Source: Azolla caroliniana
Taxonomy: Eukaryota; Plantae; Polypodiophyta
DNA: 64,000 nucleotides
Direction of reading: 5' to 3'
NCBI GenBank assembly: GCA_043228905.1
Contig: JBHGNT010000008.1
Location: forward strand, 18,786,001-18,850,000
Both the position numbers and the translations under genes were made by a program. How positions within the stretch are numbered: position 1 is the first letter of the stretch; the number at the start of each line of letters is the position of its first letter. Below, piece by piece: positions 51,672 through 64,000 of the stretch. Below the pieces are notes generated by a model, which was not told where the DNA came from, ran no database searches, and saw nothing but the letters and a program-made list of their open reading frames with translations.

Positions 51672-54600
51672 CTACACCTCCCTTAGTACTAATCCTCATC
51701 TTTTAGTACTAATTCCTTCTCTGTTTTAGTATTGTTCTTGACAGTGCTTCTCTGACTTAGTACTGCTCCTAATAGTTTGAACCGATTGGTCTCTCCTTCC
51801 TTCTCTTCCTTTATCTTCTTACTTCTCCCTCCCTTCATACTAATCTCTTATTCTTCTTTTCTCTCATACTATGGCTATTGTTTGCGCTCAAGAATATCAA
51901 TCCGTTTTCTCATAGCTGCAATGCTTGAAAGAGAAGTTCCTTGCTTTGGAACAAGAAAATCAACGGTTTTTAGGGGATCTTCAACAAATCTCCTTAGAAA
52001 AGCAACAGACGCAACAACAACATGGGGAACTAGTGGTATGCGTGCAACAACTCGAAGCAACCTTAGTAGCGATGCAACAACAAGGACCCAGTACGCAGAT
52101 CGGCCTTCCCATGAAATTCGATGGAACGCGATCATAGTTTAGAGGATTCCTTAATCAGGTATGATTAGTCATTCAAATACATCCTTCTCGATATCCCACC
52201 GATGCATCACGAGTGGGCCTAGTAGGCACTCTACTTAGTGGCACGACTTTGGCATGGTTCACCCCCTTGTTAGATAAAAGCTCTCCCTTGTTAAATAATT
52301 TCGAAGAGTTTATTACCGAGTTTAAAGCTTGTTTTGGAGATACTGACAGTGTTAGAACAACAATAAACAAAATCCGAAGATTGCGCCAAGGTGAGTGGCC
52401 GGCCTCGGCTTATCCTACGGATTTTCGTCTTCTCGGCACCGATATTCCTTGGGATGACCAGGCACTAATGGAGCAATTTCGTTTTGGCCTACGTAATGAT
52501 GTTAAAGATTTACTCTTAACTTTCCCCGAGGAGCCAAAGCCATTGACAGAAGCAATCAGTCATGCAGTGCGATGCGATAATCGCCTCTTCGAACGACGTT
52601 CATAACATCAGTTCCAAATGACACGGACAAGATTAGAGCCCACCTACGCTTCAATCGTAGCAAAGCCTTTCCCAAGGGAGTCATTCAATATGTCTCCAAC
52701 AAATACTTCGACTCCAATGGAAATTGACACCACACGTCACCAAGGACCACTATTGGAAAAAGAAAAGCAGCGACACAGGGCAAATCGATTATGTCTTTAT
52801 TGTGGTGGACCAGGGCATATTGCAGTGAACTGCCCCCATTGGCTGAAAAGGCAGGTAAATCAAATAACCGCTAGTACTAATAGTACTAAACCTGAGTCTA
52901 TTCCTCTAAGTGTGTTTGATAGTCCTAATAGCCCAAGCCTTTCAAACAAATTTGAAATCCTTTGTCAAATAGAAGAAGAGTCAAACGATTAAGTCTAGCC
53001 AAAATAGGAGCCGTTTGGTTGGACAACCCTAGATCTATGCAGCCCATTAGTGGTTCCATTTCCTCTAAGCAAGTTAGCAATGTGTTCTTAGCTCAAGTAA
53101 TGGTTAGTACTAAAAGTACTCCTCCAGTACATGTCTTAGCACTCTTAGATTCCGAAGCCAACTCTTGCTTCATGGATAGGAATTTTGCACAAGCTCATCA
53201 GATATCCCTAAAGAAACTCCCATGTCCAACCTCTGTAGTAGTCATTGATGGTCGTCCCATTACTTTCGAGAATATTATAGAAGAGTCAGAACCCATTAAT
53301 GTTGTCCTAGATAACTTAGCGTGTGTAGTATCATTTAATATAATTAGTATCCCAGAACATCCCATTGTTTTGGGATTACCATGGTTTGAATTACATAACC
53401 CAGCCATAGATTGGAGAATAAGAGAAATACGGTGTTGACAAACCCGAGGATCTACTCATAAGATTGCAACCATTTCGCTATATCAGTTGCGTGAGGAAGG
53501 ACACAAGGAAGAAATGTTTCTCTTCGCAATATTAGTAAACCCCTCAAGTATCAATAAAGAGGAGTCCACCGTTCAACTTCCAGAGAAGTATTGTCATTAT
53601 GCCGATGTGTTCGATAAAGTACGAGCTAATACGCTTCCTCACCATCGACTGTATGATTGCCCCATCGATTTACAACTAGGAAAAGAGCCACCATGGGGAC
53701 CGATCTACAATTTGTCACCAACCGAGCTAGAAGTCCTTCGAGCCTATCTAGAGGAGAATTTGGCAAATGGTTTCATTCGACATTCGAAATCTCTAGCCGG
53801 CGCACCCATTTTCTTCGTCAAGAAAAAGGATGGATCACTTCGTCTCATCGTAGATTACTGTGGGTTGAATAAATTCACCATCAGGAATAGGTATGCACTT
53901 CCTCTTATCTCAAGTTTTTTAGAACGGATCAATGGTGCAAGGTTCTTCACAAAGATCAACTTACGAGGAGCGTATAACCTCGTACGGATCCGACCAGGAG
54001 ATGAATGGAAGACTGCGTTTTGCACTAGATATGGGCACTTCGAGTATATAGTCATGCCATTCGGCTTGACTAATGCGCCAGCAGTCTTCCAACACATGGC
54101 AAATGATATATTTCGAGATCTCTTGGATGATTTTTTGATCATCTATTTGGATGATCTACTGGTTTATTCGAAGACCCAAGAAGAGCATGATTCTCATGTA
54201 CTGTTAGTACTAAAATGACTTCGAGAACATGGTCTTTATGCAAAACTGGAAAAATGTAGTTTTGGGTGCAACTAGGTAGAATTTTTGGGCTATGTCATTT
54301 CCTCAGAAGGCATCTCCATGGATCCAGCTAAGGTCAAAACGGTGGTAGAGTGGCAGACTCTGCGTTCATTGCGAGATGTGCAATTCTTTTTAGGCTTTGC
54401 CAATTTTTATCGCAAGTTCATACATGATTACTCAAAGCTTGTTCTGCCTCTCATACAACTTACCAGGAAGGGAAAATCGTTCGTTTGGTCTGAAGAAGCG
54501 AACATTGCTTTTGAGAGTCTTAAGAAGGTATTTACGTCAGCTCCTATTTTAGCTCATGTTGATCTAGAAAAACCATTCATCATTGAAGCAAACGCGTCGG

Positions 54601-57511
54601 ATTTCACCTTGGGTAGCATTCTGTCTCAACAAGGCGATGATGAAAAGCTACATCATGTGGCTTTCCATTCACGCAAGTTTGACGCCGCGGAAATCAACTA
54701 TGAAATTCATGATAAGGAGCTATAAACAATAATGGACTCTTTTACACAATGGAGGCATTATCTAGAGGGGTCTTCTCATCAAGTCATCGTATTCAGTGAT
54801 CACAAAAACCTTGCCTACTTTCAGAATGCTCGTGTGTTAAATTGACGTCAAGCTCAGTGGGCCCAATTCCTCACTTGTTTCGACTTCAAAATTACATATA
54901 GTTTGGGGAAGCAACAAGAGAAGGCAGATGCATTATCACGACGTTTGTATCTAGCACCGTGTCCTGGCGAGCCGACTTTCGATAACGAAAAGCAAGTAAT
55001 CTTTCGATAACCAAAAGAAAGTATGCCCTTGGATTCCCACATTATCGATACCTTACGTGAGGACTTGAAGACATATGTTTTCGCTCAAACCATTCTAGCA
55101 CAAATTGATCTCTCTCGAGCATCTTGTTCATAGTCACAATAACCATGTACGGACTATCGACAATTCGAATGTCAGGATGGATTACTATTCTTTAAGAAAC
55201 TCTTATATGTTCGTAATGGTACTTGTCGCCTTCAAGTAGTCCAAAACTCTCATGACACATATACAGCTGGGCATATACAACTAGGCATTTTGGTAGTACT
55301 AAAACACTAGATTTAGTACAACGATCCTTCTGGTGGCCCCATATGCGACAATTTGTGGAAGATTTTGTTCAGACTTGTGATACATGTTGCAGAGCAAAAA
55401 TGCCAAGGCATCATCCATATGGTTTATTAGAACCATTACCAATTCCAAGCAAGCCATGGCAATCCATTGCCCTAGATTTCATCACAAATCTTCCCGTCTC
55501 TAAGGGATTCGATGCAATCTTAACAATAGTTGATCGATATATGAAGATGGCCCATTTCCTACCGTGTACTAAGGAAATCTCTAGTGAAGAAACCGCCGAA
55601 ATTGTCATGCGTGAAGTATGTCGGCATCATGGCCTTCCCGATAGTATCATAAGCGACAATTGTCGTGAAGTTGACACACGATGTGAAAACAATGTCAAAA
55701 ATCTATAGAAGTACATTTCCCATCTGGAGCTTATGGCAAGGAGCATGAAGGAATTTTCGGTTTGTGAGTCGGAGTTCAGAAGCCCAAGATACAAGCTTCG
55801 GAAGGATTAATGTTACTTGGGACAAAAATGTAATTATGTCAAAAGGGGTAGTCAAAATTAAGGCTATTTCTATAATTTCTCAAATATAGAACTATAACAT
55901 TGAATTGTAGCATCAATAAATAAATAAATAAAATAAAATAAAAGAAAATAAAAATAAAAATAAAAATACAACCGCCTCAAGAGGGTGGTAGGGCGGTTGA
56001 CCACCCTATATAAGCCACGCCTATGGTGGCTAGAGGGAAGGAGGAGAAGGGGAAGAAGAAGAGAAAGGAAAAGCGAGTGAAGAAGCTCGCGTGGGTGTAA
56101 GATGCAAAGCTCACCAAAGAAGATGGTGGCCTACAGAAATCAAGACAAGATTTAAAGAAAAGAAAAGAAATAGAACAATAGGAAGAAGTTGAAGTGGTGT
56201 ATCTCAAACCCCTTTATGTAAATAGAAGGTCGTGTGTTCAAATCCTTTTAAAACGATTTCTTTTGGTAATCAAATTTTGTAATATAAATTTAGTATATAT
56301 AAAGTGAAAGACAATGAAGAATAAATAGAAACCAAAGAGATTGAAGTGGTCTATCTTAAACGCTTCTTCTCAAATAGAGTTTGTGAGTTCAAGTCTTGCC
56401 AAGTAACTTTTGGCAAATAAATATTGTAAGTGGTTGTTTTACAAATAAAATTCTTTTCGTGACAACGTCGCATTTATCTTGCCTTCTCGGCTTCTTGTCA
56501 TCGCACCATCTGCGATTACGCGTTTTCACCCGATCATCCCCGAGTCACAGAACCCCGGCGGTTGCGACACACAACCACAATCTTTTCGACACCGTGGACC
56601 CTAGTTTGTCTCAAAGTTCTGGAAGCACCTCTTTAAAATGCTTAAGGTCACTTGTAACCTCTCCTTCGGCTACCACCCGCAAATAGACAGCCAAGCAGAA
56701 CGAACAAATCAAACGCTGGAGCAGTATCTTCGGTGTTTTTTAAGCTATCATCAAGATGACTGGGTGGATATTCTCCACTTCGCCGAATTTGCGTATAATA
56801 ACTTTGTCCACTCATCGACAAAGATGACACCATTTTATGCTTACACGGGTTGTCACTCCCGGTGGTGTGTATTTGAAACCCTAGAGTTACCCACAAATCC
56901 TTGTGTAGAGGATCGTTTGGAGCGGCTACGTAAGATACAAGAGGATTTTATTTACTCATCTACAACAAGCTCAACAAACACACAAGATTTACGCAGATCG
57001 TCATCGGCTTCCATCCAGTTTTGACATTGGAGATCGGGTGTGGCTACTACGACGACACATCAAGACTACTCGCCCATGCGAGAAGTTGTATTACTGGTGA
57101 TTAGGTCCTTTCCGTATTATTGAAAAAATTAATGATGTCGCTTTTCGTCTCGATCTACCTCCGCAACTTCGGATACATCCGGTGTTTCATAGTTCTCTCC
57201 TCGAACCCTATCAAGACAACACCACCCCAAGTCGTATTAAACAACCTCCACCCCTGATCGAGCTTGAAGATGAACCTGAGTACGAGGTTGCCGTCATCCT
57301 CGATTCCAAGATTGTTCGCAACAAGCTCTACTATTTGGTTGATTGGCTAGGATATAGTCCCAGCGAGTGTACTTGGGAACGAATAGAGAATGTGACCAAT
57401 GCTCGTGCTCTTCTTGAAGACTTCCATCGTCAATATCTAGACAAACTGGGTCCTCAATCCAAAACGACTCGTGACACTCGTCGTTTTAAAAGGGGGATAA
57501 TGTCATGATAT
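51293..57511 (+). mobile_element. Tcn1-like chromovirus (gag, PR, RT, RH, INT, chromodomain), decayed; 5' LTR ~51293-51774, 3' LTR almost entirely deleted
   Basis: Gag PMEID...RLCLYCGGPGH, protease [37 protein letters not shown], integrase PWQSIALDFIT, chromodomain EYEVAVILDSK..YYLVDWLGY..TWE. PPT AAGGGGGATAA is followed by TGTCATGATA. Confidence 0.92.
55661..56591. mobile_element. Composite solo-LTR insert in Tcn1-like integrase
   Basis: TGTCGTGAAG...TTTTCGACA interrupts ISD|RGP; imperfect 4-bp TSD CAAT/CCGT. A second internal terminus TTCGTGACA|ACGT at 56464 suggests an oppositely oriented LTR nested inside. Confidence 0.75.
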
Positions 57512-60500
57512 CCGGCGGTATGGGACATCGGTGGTAGGTTGGCTATGTCTAGATCATAGCTCAGGGGTGGTCGGGTGGAACGGGTTCTTCTATCCAATCT
57601 ATTTTCCTTCTTTTACTTTACTTTGGTCTATTGATTAGTAATAGACTCTTAACAGTGGTATCAAAGCATTTACTAACAATTTTTGTTGTTATTGTTTTGA
57701 TGTTTTTTTGCATCATGCTCTTCACAAGATCAAAACAACATTCTTAACCCGGTATTCTTCTTTCTCGATATCTCTTTTCTTTTCTATGATGCTTTCTTCT
57801 TGGTCATATGGAAGTGGTATTGCGTTTTCTTTTCTTTTCTTTCTTCTTTCTATGATGATACGATGTTAATGTACTTATGCATTGGGTCAAGTGTGTTTGC
57901 ACTAATCGCACACGCTCAACTCATGGCCCTTTTACATATTGTGATGTATCTCCCATTCTCCCTTCTCTTCAACAATCTGTTACGGTAATAATTATTCTTG
58001 TGCATCGGGTCGAGTGTGTTTGCCCTAATCGCACATGCTCACCTCATGGCCCTTTTGCATATGATGTTGAGTATGCGACTCTTCCCTTTATTGAGCCATC
58101 ACTTGGCCGATTCTATGGGATGTTGTGGCCTTAACGAGGTATATGTCGCTTACCTATGCCACTTTACTCTTTATTGAGCCATCACTTGGCCAATTCTAGG
58201 GAGATGTGGTGGTCTTGAGGAGGTGCATGTTGACTACCTTAGGGTTTCATAACTTAAGGCATGCTTAATGTTCATATACCTAATTGATTACTATTTTAAT
58301 TAATTTCTAATTACACAAATTGTTGTTTCACTTTTGTATGATTTTCTCGTAATTGTCATTTACCCACCCACAGTTAACTCTCTTTTTTCCCTTCCTTTTC
58401 ATGTTTAAAGTATTTAGGTGTGTTTAACTATGGTGTAATGCTTCCGTGTAGGCTATTTTTTCGTATGGACTGGGCATCATGTAATCGAGCCTTAGAACTC
58501 GATTAAAAACACATGAGTTTCCCTATTGATGTTTTACTCATAAATTTGAGTACTACATCTTTGCGCACAACACCACCACCATTTGTATCAATTTGTGGCT
58601 TATGTCACAATTGTGCAAATTACAACCACCATATTGGGATGTATATGTGCATACCTCGCACCATCCATTTATTTGTGACATTTTTTTAGTAGGTACCACA
58701 TGGGTTTTTTGACCCTTGTCTTCGTCACTGCTTGATTCTTATGGGTAGTGCCTTATTTTATCGTTTTTATCATAACATTTGCTTATTAGTCGCAAGACTA
58801 GAATATTACTTATTTTTTCACGTAATACACTTTCTCGACCATATTAATACATGTTGGGTTGGCATTCTAATATAAGCCTAACTAGGAAACTACATTGATG
58901 TTAGAACCATGGTTGAGACTCGGGGAGCCGCCATGATTATTCAAGATAGAGATCCGAGAAAGACATCTTAGTTATGTTTTCCCCCATGGTTTTTAAAACA
59001 CCATAGTGTTACCATAGTTATTGGATCTCGAATCACATCTCATATGTTGAGAGGGGTAAAGACATGAGATGCTTTCTTGGTAAAGTTCTTACAATCAAAA
59101 TTTCAAGCATTCATTTTGCTTGTGTATTTTCTGAACCTCCTTATTTATATTGCATACCCACAACTTGCATCATGGAACAAGTTTTGAATGTTGTTGGAGC
59201 GATCTCTCCGACTGAGACCTCTCAACTCCAATCCGCATCTCGCACACAAGCTGAGATCACTATTGAGCAATTGCTCACTACTACCTTGAATCAATTGGCT
59301 GAAATGAGGCTGGCCAATATGGCTATTCCAAGAAATTCCAAGAAATTCTAAGAATTGACTATTGAGTCCAAGAAAGAAGGTAAACCTTCTTTCGTAGTAA
59401 CGCCATTCAAGGAAGATAAGAAAGAAAGAACCGAGGAGGCATGCCATTAGCATTTGGCTTGGTCGTTGGGAGTCTCACTTTGAGCTCCACCCCAAGCCCG
59501 ATGCTGTAAAAATTGGTTAAGTCGGTCGTGAGTTAGGTGGCCGAGTTGCTGCTTGGTGGCACAGCCTAAGGATTGCAAAGAACTTACCCACAACTTGGGA
59601 AGGTTTTGTTGATGTTTTTAAGAAATAGTTTTTGCAGCCACTTCTCAAACTGAACAAGCGCAACACTTGCTCACGTTTTCGCGTAAGCCATTTACGTCTC
59701 TCGAGGATTATGTGCATCATGCTCGGGCCCAGATCCAAAAATCGGGACTTACGGGTGAGAAATGGTTTGTTGCTTGCTTTTTGAATGGTATTCCCAATGG
59801 AGATTACCATTGGATTGTCCATGACAAGGACCCCACAACTTTCAAGGAAGCCGTCAACATTGTACTTCAGTACCATAGGACTTTCAAGGAAGACCACAAT
59901 AAACTTGAGTTCACCAAAACTCCGAATGTCAAGTTCATTGGGAAATGTAAGCAATCCAGTGACACTCTTGACCGTGATTCCAAGAAACACAACGTCTTCT
60001 GTGCATATTGCAAGAAGCGGGGCCACACAAAGGATACTTGTCATCGTCTTGAGAGGAAGTCAATGAACACCCCTCCTCAAGACAAATCTACGAGTCACAC
60101 ATGTGAGTCTTTTGATGTTTTTGAAGTTCATACCAACCACTTAAGTTCATGTGAATGCACTTTTCCTTCACATTTACTTGGACCTAATGATGTACTCCGA
60201 GCAGTTGGATATATCAATGGAACACAAGCACATTAATTGTTTGATTCCGGTAGTTCGCTCAATTTTCTTAATGATCACTTTGTGCAGCAAATGGAACTCC
60301 ACATAAACGCAAGTGATCATATCTATCAAGTTCACATGGAAAATGGAAGCGTTCAATACATCAATGGAATTGTTTGTCAATTGCCAATTCAAATAGATAC
60401 CTATTTGGAGAAGCTAGACTTTCATGTTATGAAACTACAATCCGCAAATGTCATTTTAGGATACCCTTGGGTTTTTAATAAAAACCCTTCTTTGTCCATT

Positions 60501-62476
60501 GATTGGGTTAATCACTCAATCACATTTGAACTTGATAATTGTAAACATTTTATTCAATGTTACAAACTTCCTTCTCGTTCACTTGAGTCTTCTAAATCTT
60601 TAAGTGAGTATTCTAGTTCATTAATTTATTTGTGTGTAATTGATCCTGCGCTTCAATTTTATTACTTTTATATTGACGCCACACAATTACCACATTATGA
60701 ACAACGATTACTCGACTCTATTTTAGACGATTTTCAAGACGTGTTTCCTAACGAATTGCCGCTTACTTTACTACCAAAACATAATGTGGAACATCAAATT
60801 GAACTCATCCTCGGTGCTGCTCCTGTGAGCATTCCTCCTTATCGACTTAGTTGATTAGAAGAGGATGATATCGTTAAACAACTTAAGGAATACTTGAGTA
60901 TGGGCCACATTAGGTATAGTAAATCACCTTGGGGTGCGCCGGTTCTATTAGTTAAGAAGAAGGAAGGTTCATGGCAAATGTGTATCAATTATGATCGCCA
61001 TTTGAATAAAATGACAATTAAAAATGCATATTCGTTACCTCGTGCCGATGATTTGATTGATCGTTTGCATGGGGCCTGATATTTTACGAAAATTGACTTA
61101 TGAATAGGTTATCATCATATTTGCATTGCCGAGGATGATATTCCAAAAACTACTTTTCGTACGTGCTATGACCATTATGAGTTTTTAGTCATGCCTTTCG
61201 GGTTGTTCCAACAAGCGATGAATGATGTTTTTCGAGATCAACTCGGTGATTTTGTTGTTGCCTTCTTGGATGATATTTTGATATATAGCCGTACCTTGCA
61301 AGATCATGTTTAACATGTTTGATTTGTTTTGCAACAGTTGTGTGACAACTCTTTCTATGCAAAACATTCAAAATGTGATTTTTTCCAAAAATCTATTGTG
61401 TACCTAGGTCATTTAATTACGGAAAATGGTGTTGAAATTGAACCTTCTCGTATTGAAAAGGTTAAACTTTGGCCCATTCCTCGTAATATTCGTGAACTGC
61501 GATCATTCTTAGAGTTTGTTGGAGTTTTAGGAAAATCAATTCGTAATTATTCCAAATTGACTACGCCATTAACTGACCTTTTAAAAGGTCATCCACGTAA
61601 GTCTGTCAAACCAATTGCATGGAATGAACAACTTGACAAATCATTTGAGACACTCAAAGAGCATGTGTGTCAGGCTCCCACTCTTCTATTATGGGGCCCT
61701 TCTAAGCCTTTCTCAATCGAAACCGATGATAGTGATTATGCTATCAATGTCGTTCTTTATCAAGGCGGTCACCCTATTGCTTTTGAAAGTAAGAAGCTTG
61801 ATGCTGCTCAATCTCGGTATTCGGTTCAAGAGAAAGAGTTGTTTGTGGTAATACATGCACTGTCTCTATGGAAATAAATTTGTGGTTACAACAAACCATC
61901 AATCATTGAAGTATTTTTGTGACCAGCCAGATTTTGTTGGTCGTAAAGGCCGTTGGGCTGACCTTATGCAGGATTTTGATTCTTCCATACAGTATCTCAA
62001 GGGTTCTATGAACACTGTTGCATATGCTTTTAGTCGCATTAAAGAAGTTAACATGCTTAACTTCACGGAAATAAAATCTGATCTTTTAGATCACCTTTGA
62101 GGGAAATACCTTGATGACACATATTTCTCAAAATACTGGAGGAAAGTCGAATATGGTTTAGATGCCATTACTAGCACCCTCCCCTCGAAGGTGACCTTTC
62201 ACATTACAAACAGTTTGCTATATTGTCGTGGAAAGGTCTATGTTCCATATTTACCAAACGTAAAACATAAAATTCTTCATAAATGTCATGATGCACCATC
62301 TGTTGGTCATCTTGGAATACAATGCACACTCGTTCTCATCTCGAGCAATTTTTTCTGGCCTAAGATGCGCTCTAACATGCATAAATACGTAACTCAATGC
62401 TTACAATGTCAGATTAATAAGTCGGAACGACTTAAAGCTACTAGTCTTTTACATCCCTTAGATATTCCTAATGGGG
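57512..62476 (+). mobile_element. Second chromovirus-type gypsy (tRNA-Met primed): LTR end 57654, long leader, gag-pol ~59172-62476, truncated in integrase
   Basis: ...CTTAACA followed by [62 protein letters not shown] and the integrase HHCC motif. Confidence 0.88.
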
Positions 62477-64000
62477 CTTGAGTCCTGAGTCGGCGACAAG
62501 CCCGATGGGTGCAATTTTTGACTCACTTCGACTTTGTCATCATATATCGCCCTGAAATGCAGCAAGGCAAAGTAGATGCTCTTTCTCGGTGCTCTTATAT
62601 GGAACTTCATCCAGGGGAACTTGCTTTCGAGCATAAAAAACAAATCCTTTTGGGTCCTAATCGCCTACAATTAATGGTAGTTAATGCCATAACAATGCTT
62701 GAAGATTCCACTCTTCTTGATTCCATTCGAGATCATATGGCCACTGATGAGTTCGCCAAGGATGTTTTGGATCATATCGTCCTAGATCGTGCTTCTTGCT
62801 CACAGTCGAAAAACTCTGTAGAAAATGTCAGGTTCTTATGATCGTTGTAAACAATGATCTACTGAGAAGAACCTTCTAGAAAATGTCGCCATTGTTGAAA
62901 GAATCCACAGTTGCAAAGAAGTTCTTTGTCATGGATCTCGTAGTTGATCTCTGTAGCCTCAAACTTTCGGGAATGAAAGGCGACAGGGTGTAGCTGTCCA
63001 TCATCTCTAGTCTGTGATAGGACACTCCCTAATGCAAAATCGGATGCATCGGCCTCAAGGATGAAGCGTTTTGTTGGGTCGACATGTGCTAAGATAGGTG
63101 CCATTGTAAACACTCGTTTTAAGCGTTCGAATGCCTAGGCTACATCTGAACTCCATATAAATGGCTGATTTTTGTGTGTGAGTTGAGTGAACGGAAGCAC
63201 GACCTTGGAATAATCTTTAATAAATTTTCGATAAAAATTTGCAAACCCAAGAAAACATTGCACATCACACACTGAAAGGAGTGTTTGCCACTCTAAAATT
63301 GCTTGTACCTTCATGGGGTCCATACCAATACCATTTGATGATACAACATACCCCAAAAATTCCACTTGATTCTAGCCGAAACTACACAGTCTTTTCTAAT
63401 TTTGCGTAGAGACCATATTCTCGGAGTCGATGCAGTATGTGACGAACATGTTCATCATGCTCCTCTTGGGTCTTCAAGTAGATTAGAATATCATCCACGT
63501 AAACTATAGGGAAGATATCTAGAAAATCTCGAAAAATATCATTCATAATATGTTGGAAACTGCAGGTGCATTTGTGAGACCGAATGGCATCATAGTATAC
63601 TCAAAATGTCCATAACGAGTGCGAAAAGCTGTCTTCCATTCATCCCCTGAGCGAATCTGAACTAGATTATATGCACCACGAAGGTCTAACTTTGTGAAAT
63701 ATTTTGCTCCACTGAGACGTTCCAAAAGATTCGAGATTAATGGTAGAGCATATCTATTCCGGATAGTCACTTTGTTTAGCCCTCGATAATCCACGACCAA
63801 CCAAAGAGTCCCATTCTTTTTCTTGACGAAGAAGATAGGTGCGCCCATAGGGGATCTAGAATGTCGAATCAATCCGTTTGCTAGATTCTCATCAATATAT
63901 TCCCGCAAAGACTCTAGCTCTACAAGGGAGAGATTATAAATTGGGCCCCATGGAGGTTCTTTCCCTGGTTGTAAGTCAATAGGGCAGTCGTATGGCCGAT
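62476..64000 (-). mobile_element. Second Tcn1-like copy (RT-RH on minus strand; 62476-62815 locally inverted)
   Basis: [23 protein letters not shown] and [10 protein letters not shown] on the minus strand, highly similar to 53650-54830; the continuation RRQARWVQFL is on the plus strand. Confidence 0.9.

Noticed and set aside
57501-57654. Intact 3' LTR of the Tcn1-like element
   Set aside because: Only ~10 nt match the 5' LTR start before the sequence switches to the end of a different LTR followed by a Met PBS; this is a deletion junction.

Overview
This is a land-plant nuclear window. Its transposon complement (Tcn1-like chromoviruses, a Phygy/Selgy-like non-chromovirus, an L1-type LINE) suggests a seed-free plant, possibly a fern; that is an inference. 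The left half carries three intron-containing minus-strand genes: a TARBP1/TRM3-like tRNA methyltransferase running off the window, a conserved plant WD40-like protein, and RPS9. It also holds two decayed tRNA-Val(CAC) copies and TE debris. From about 31.8 kb to the end is a deeply nested retrotransposon pile that can be largely reconstructed from TSDs. The strongest signals are: (1) antisense tRNA-like A-box/B-box (Pol III-type) modules in the U3 region of several otherwise dissimilar LTR families; (2) a non-coding 2.2 kb LTR element with a repeat-array interior and an 11-nt Tf1-style self-priming duplex that co-varies with that of the neighbouring coding Tcn1-like element; (3) a tRNA-Trp-primed gag-protease-only gypsy family whose insertions show CpG-centred 4-bp TSDs; (4) a full-length LINE inside a (GA)n tract; and (5) two inversion junctions. 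All assignments were made by eye, with no searches run.
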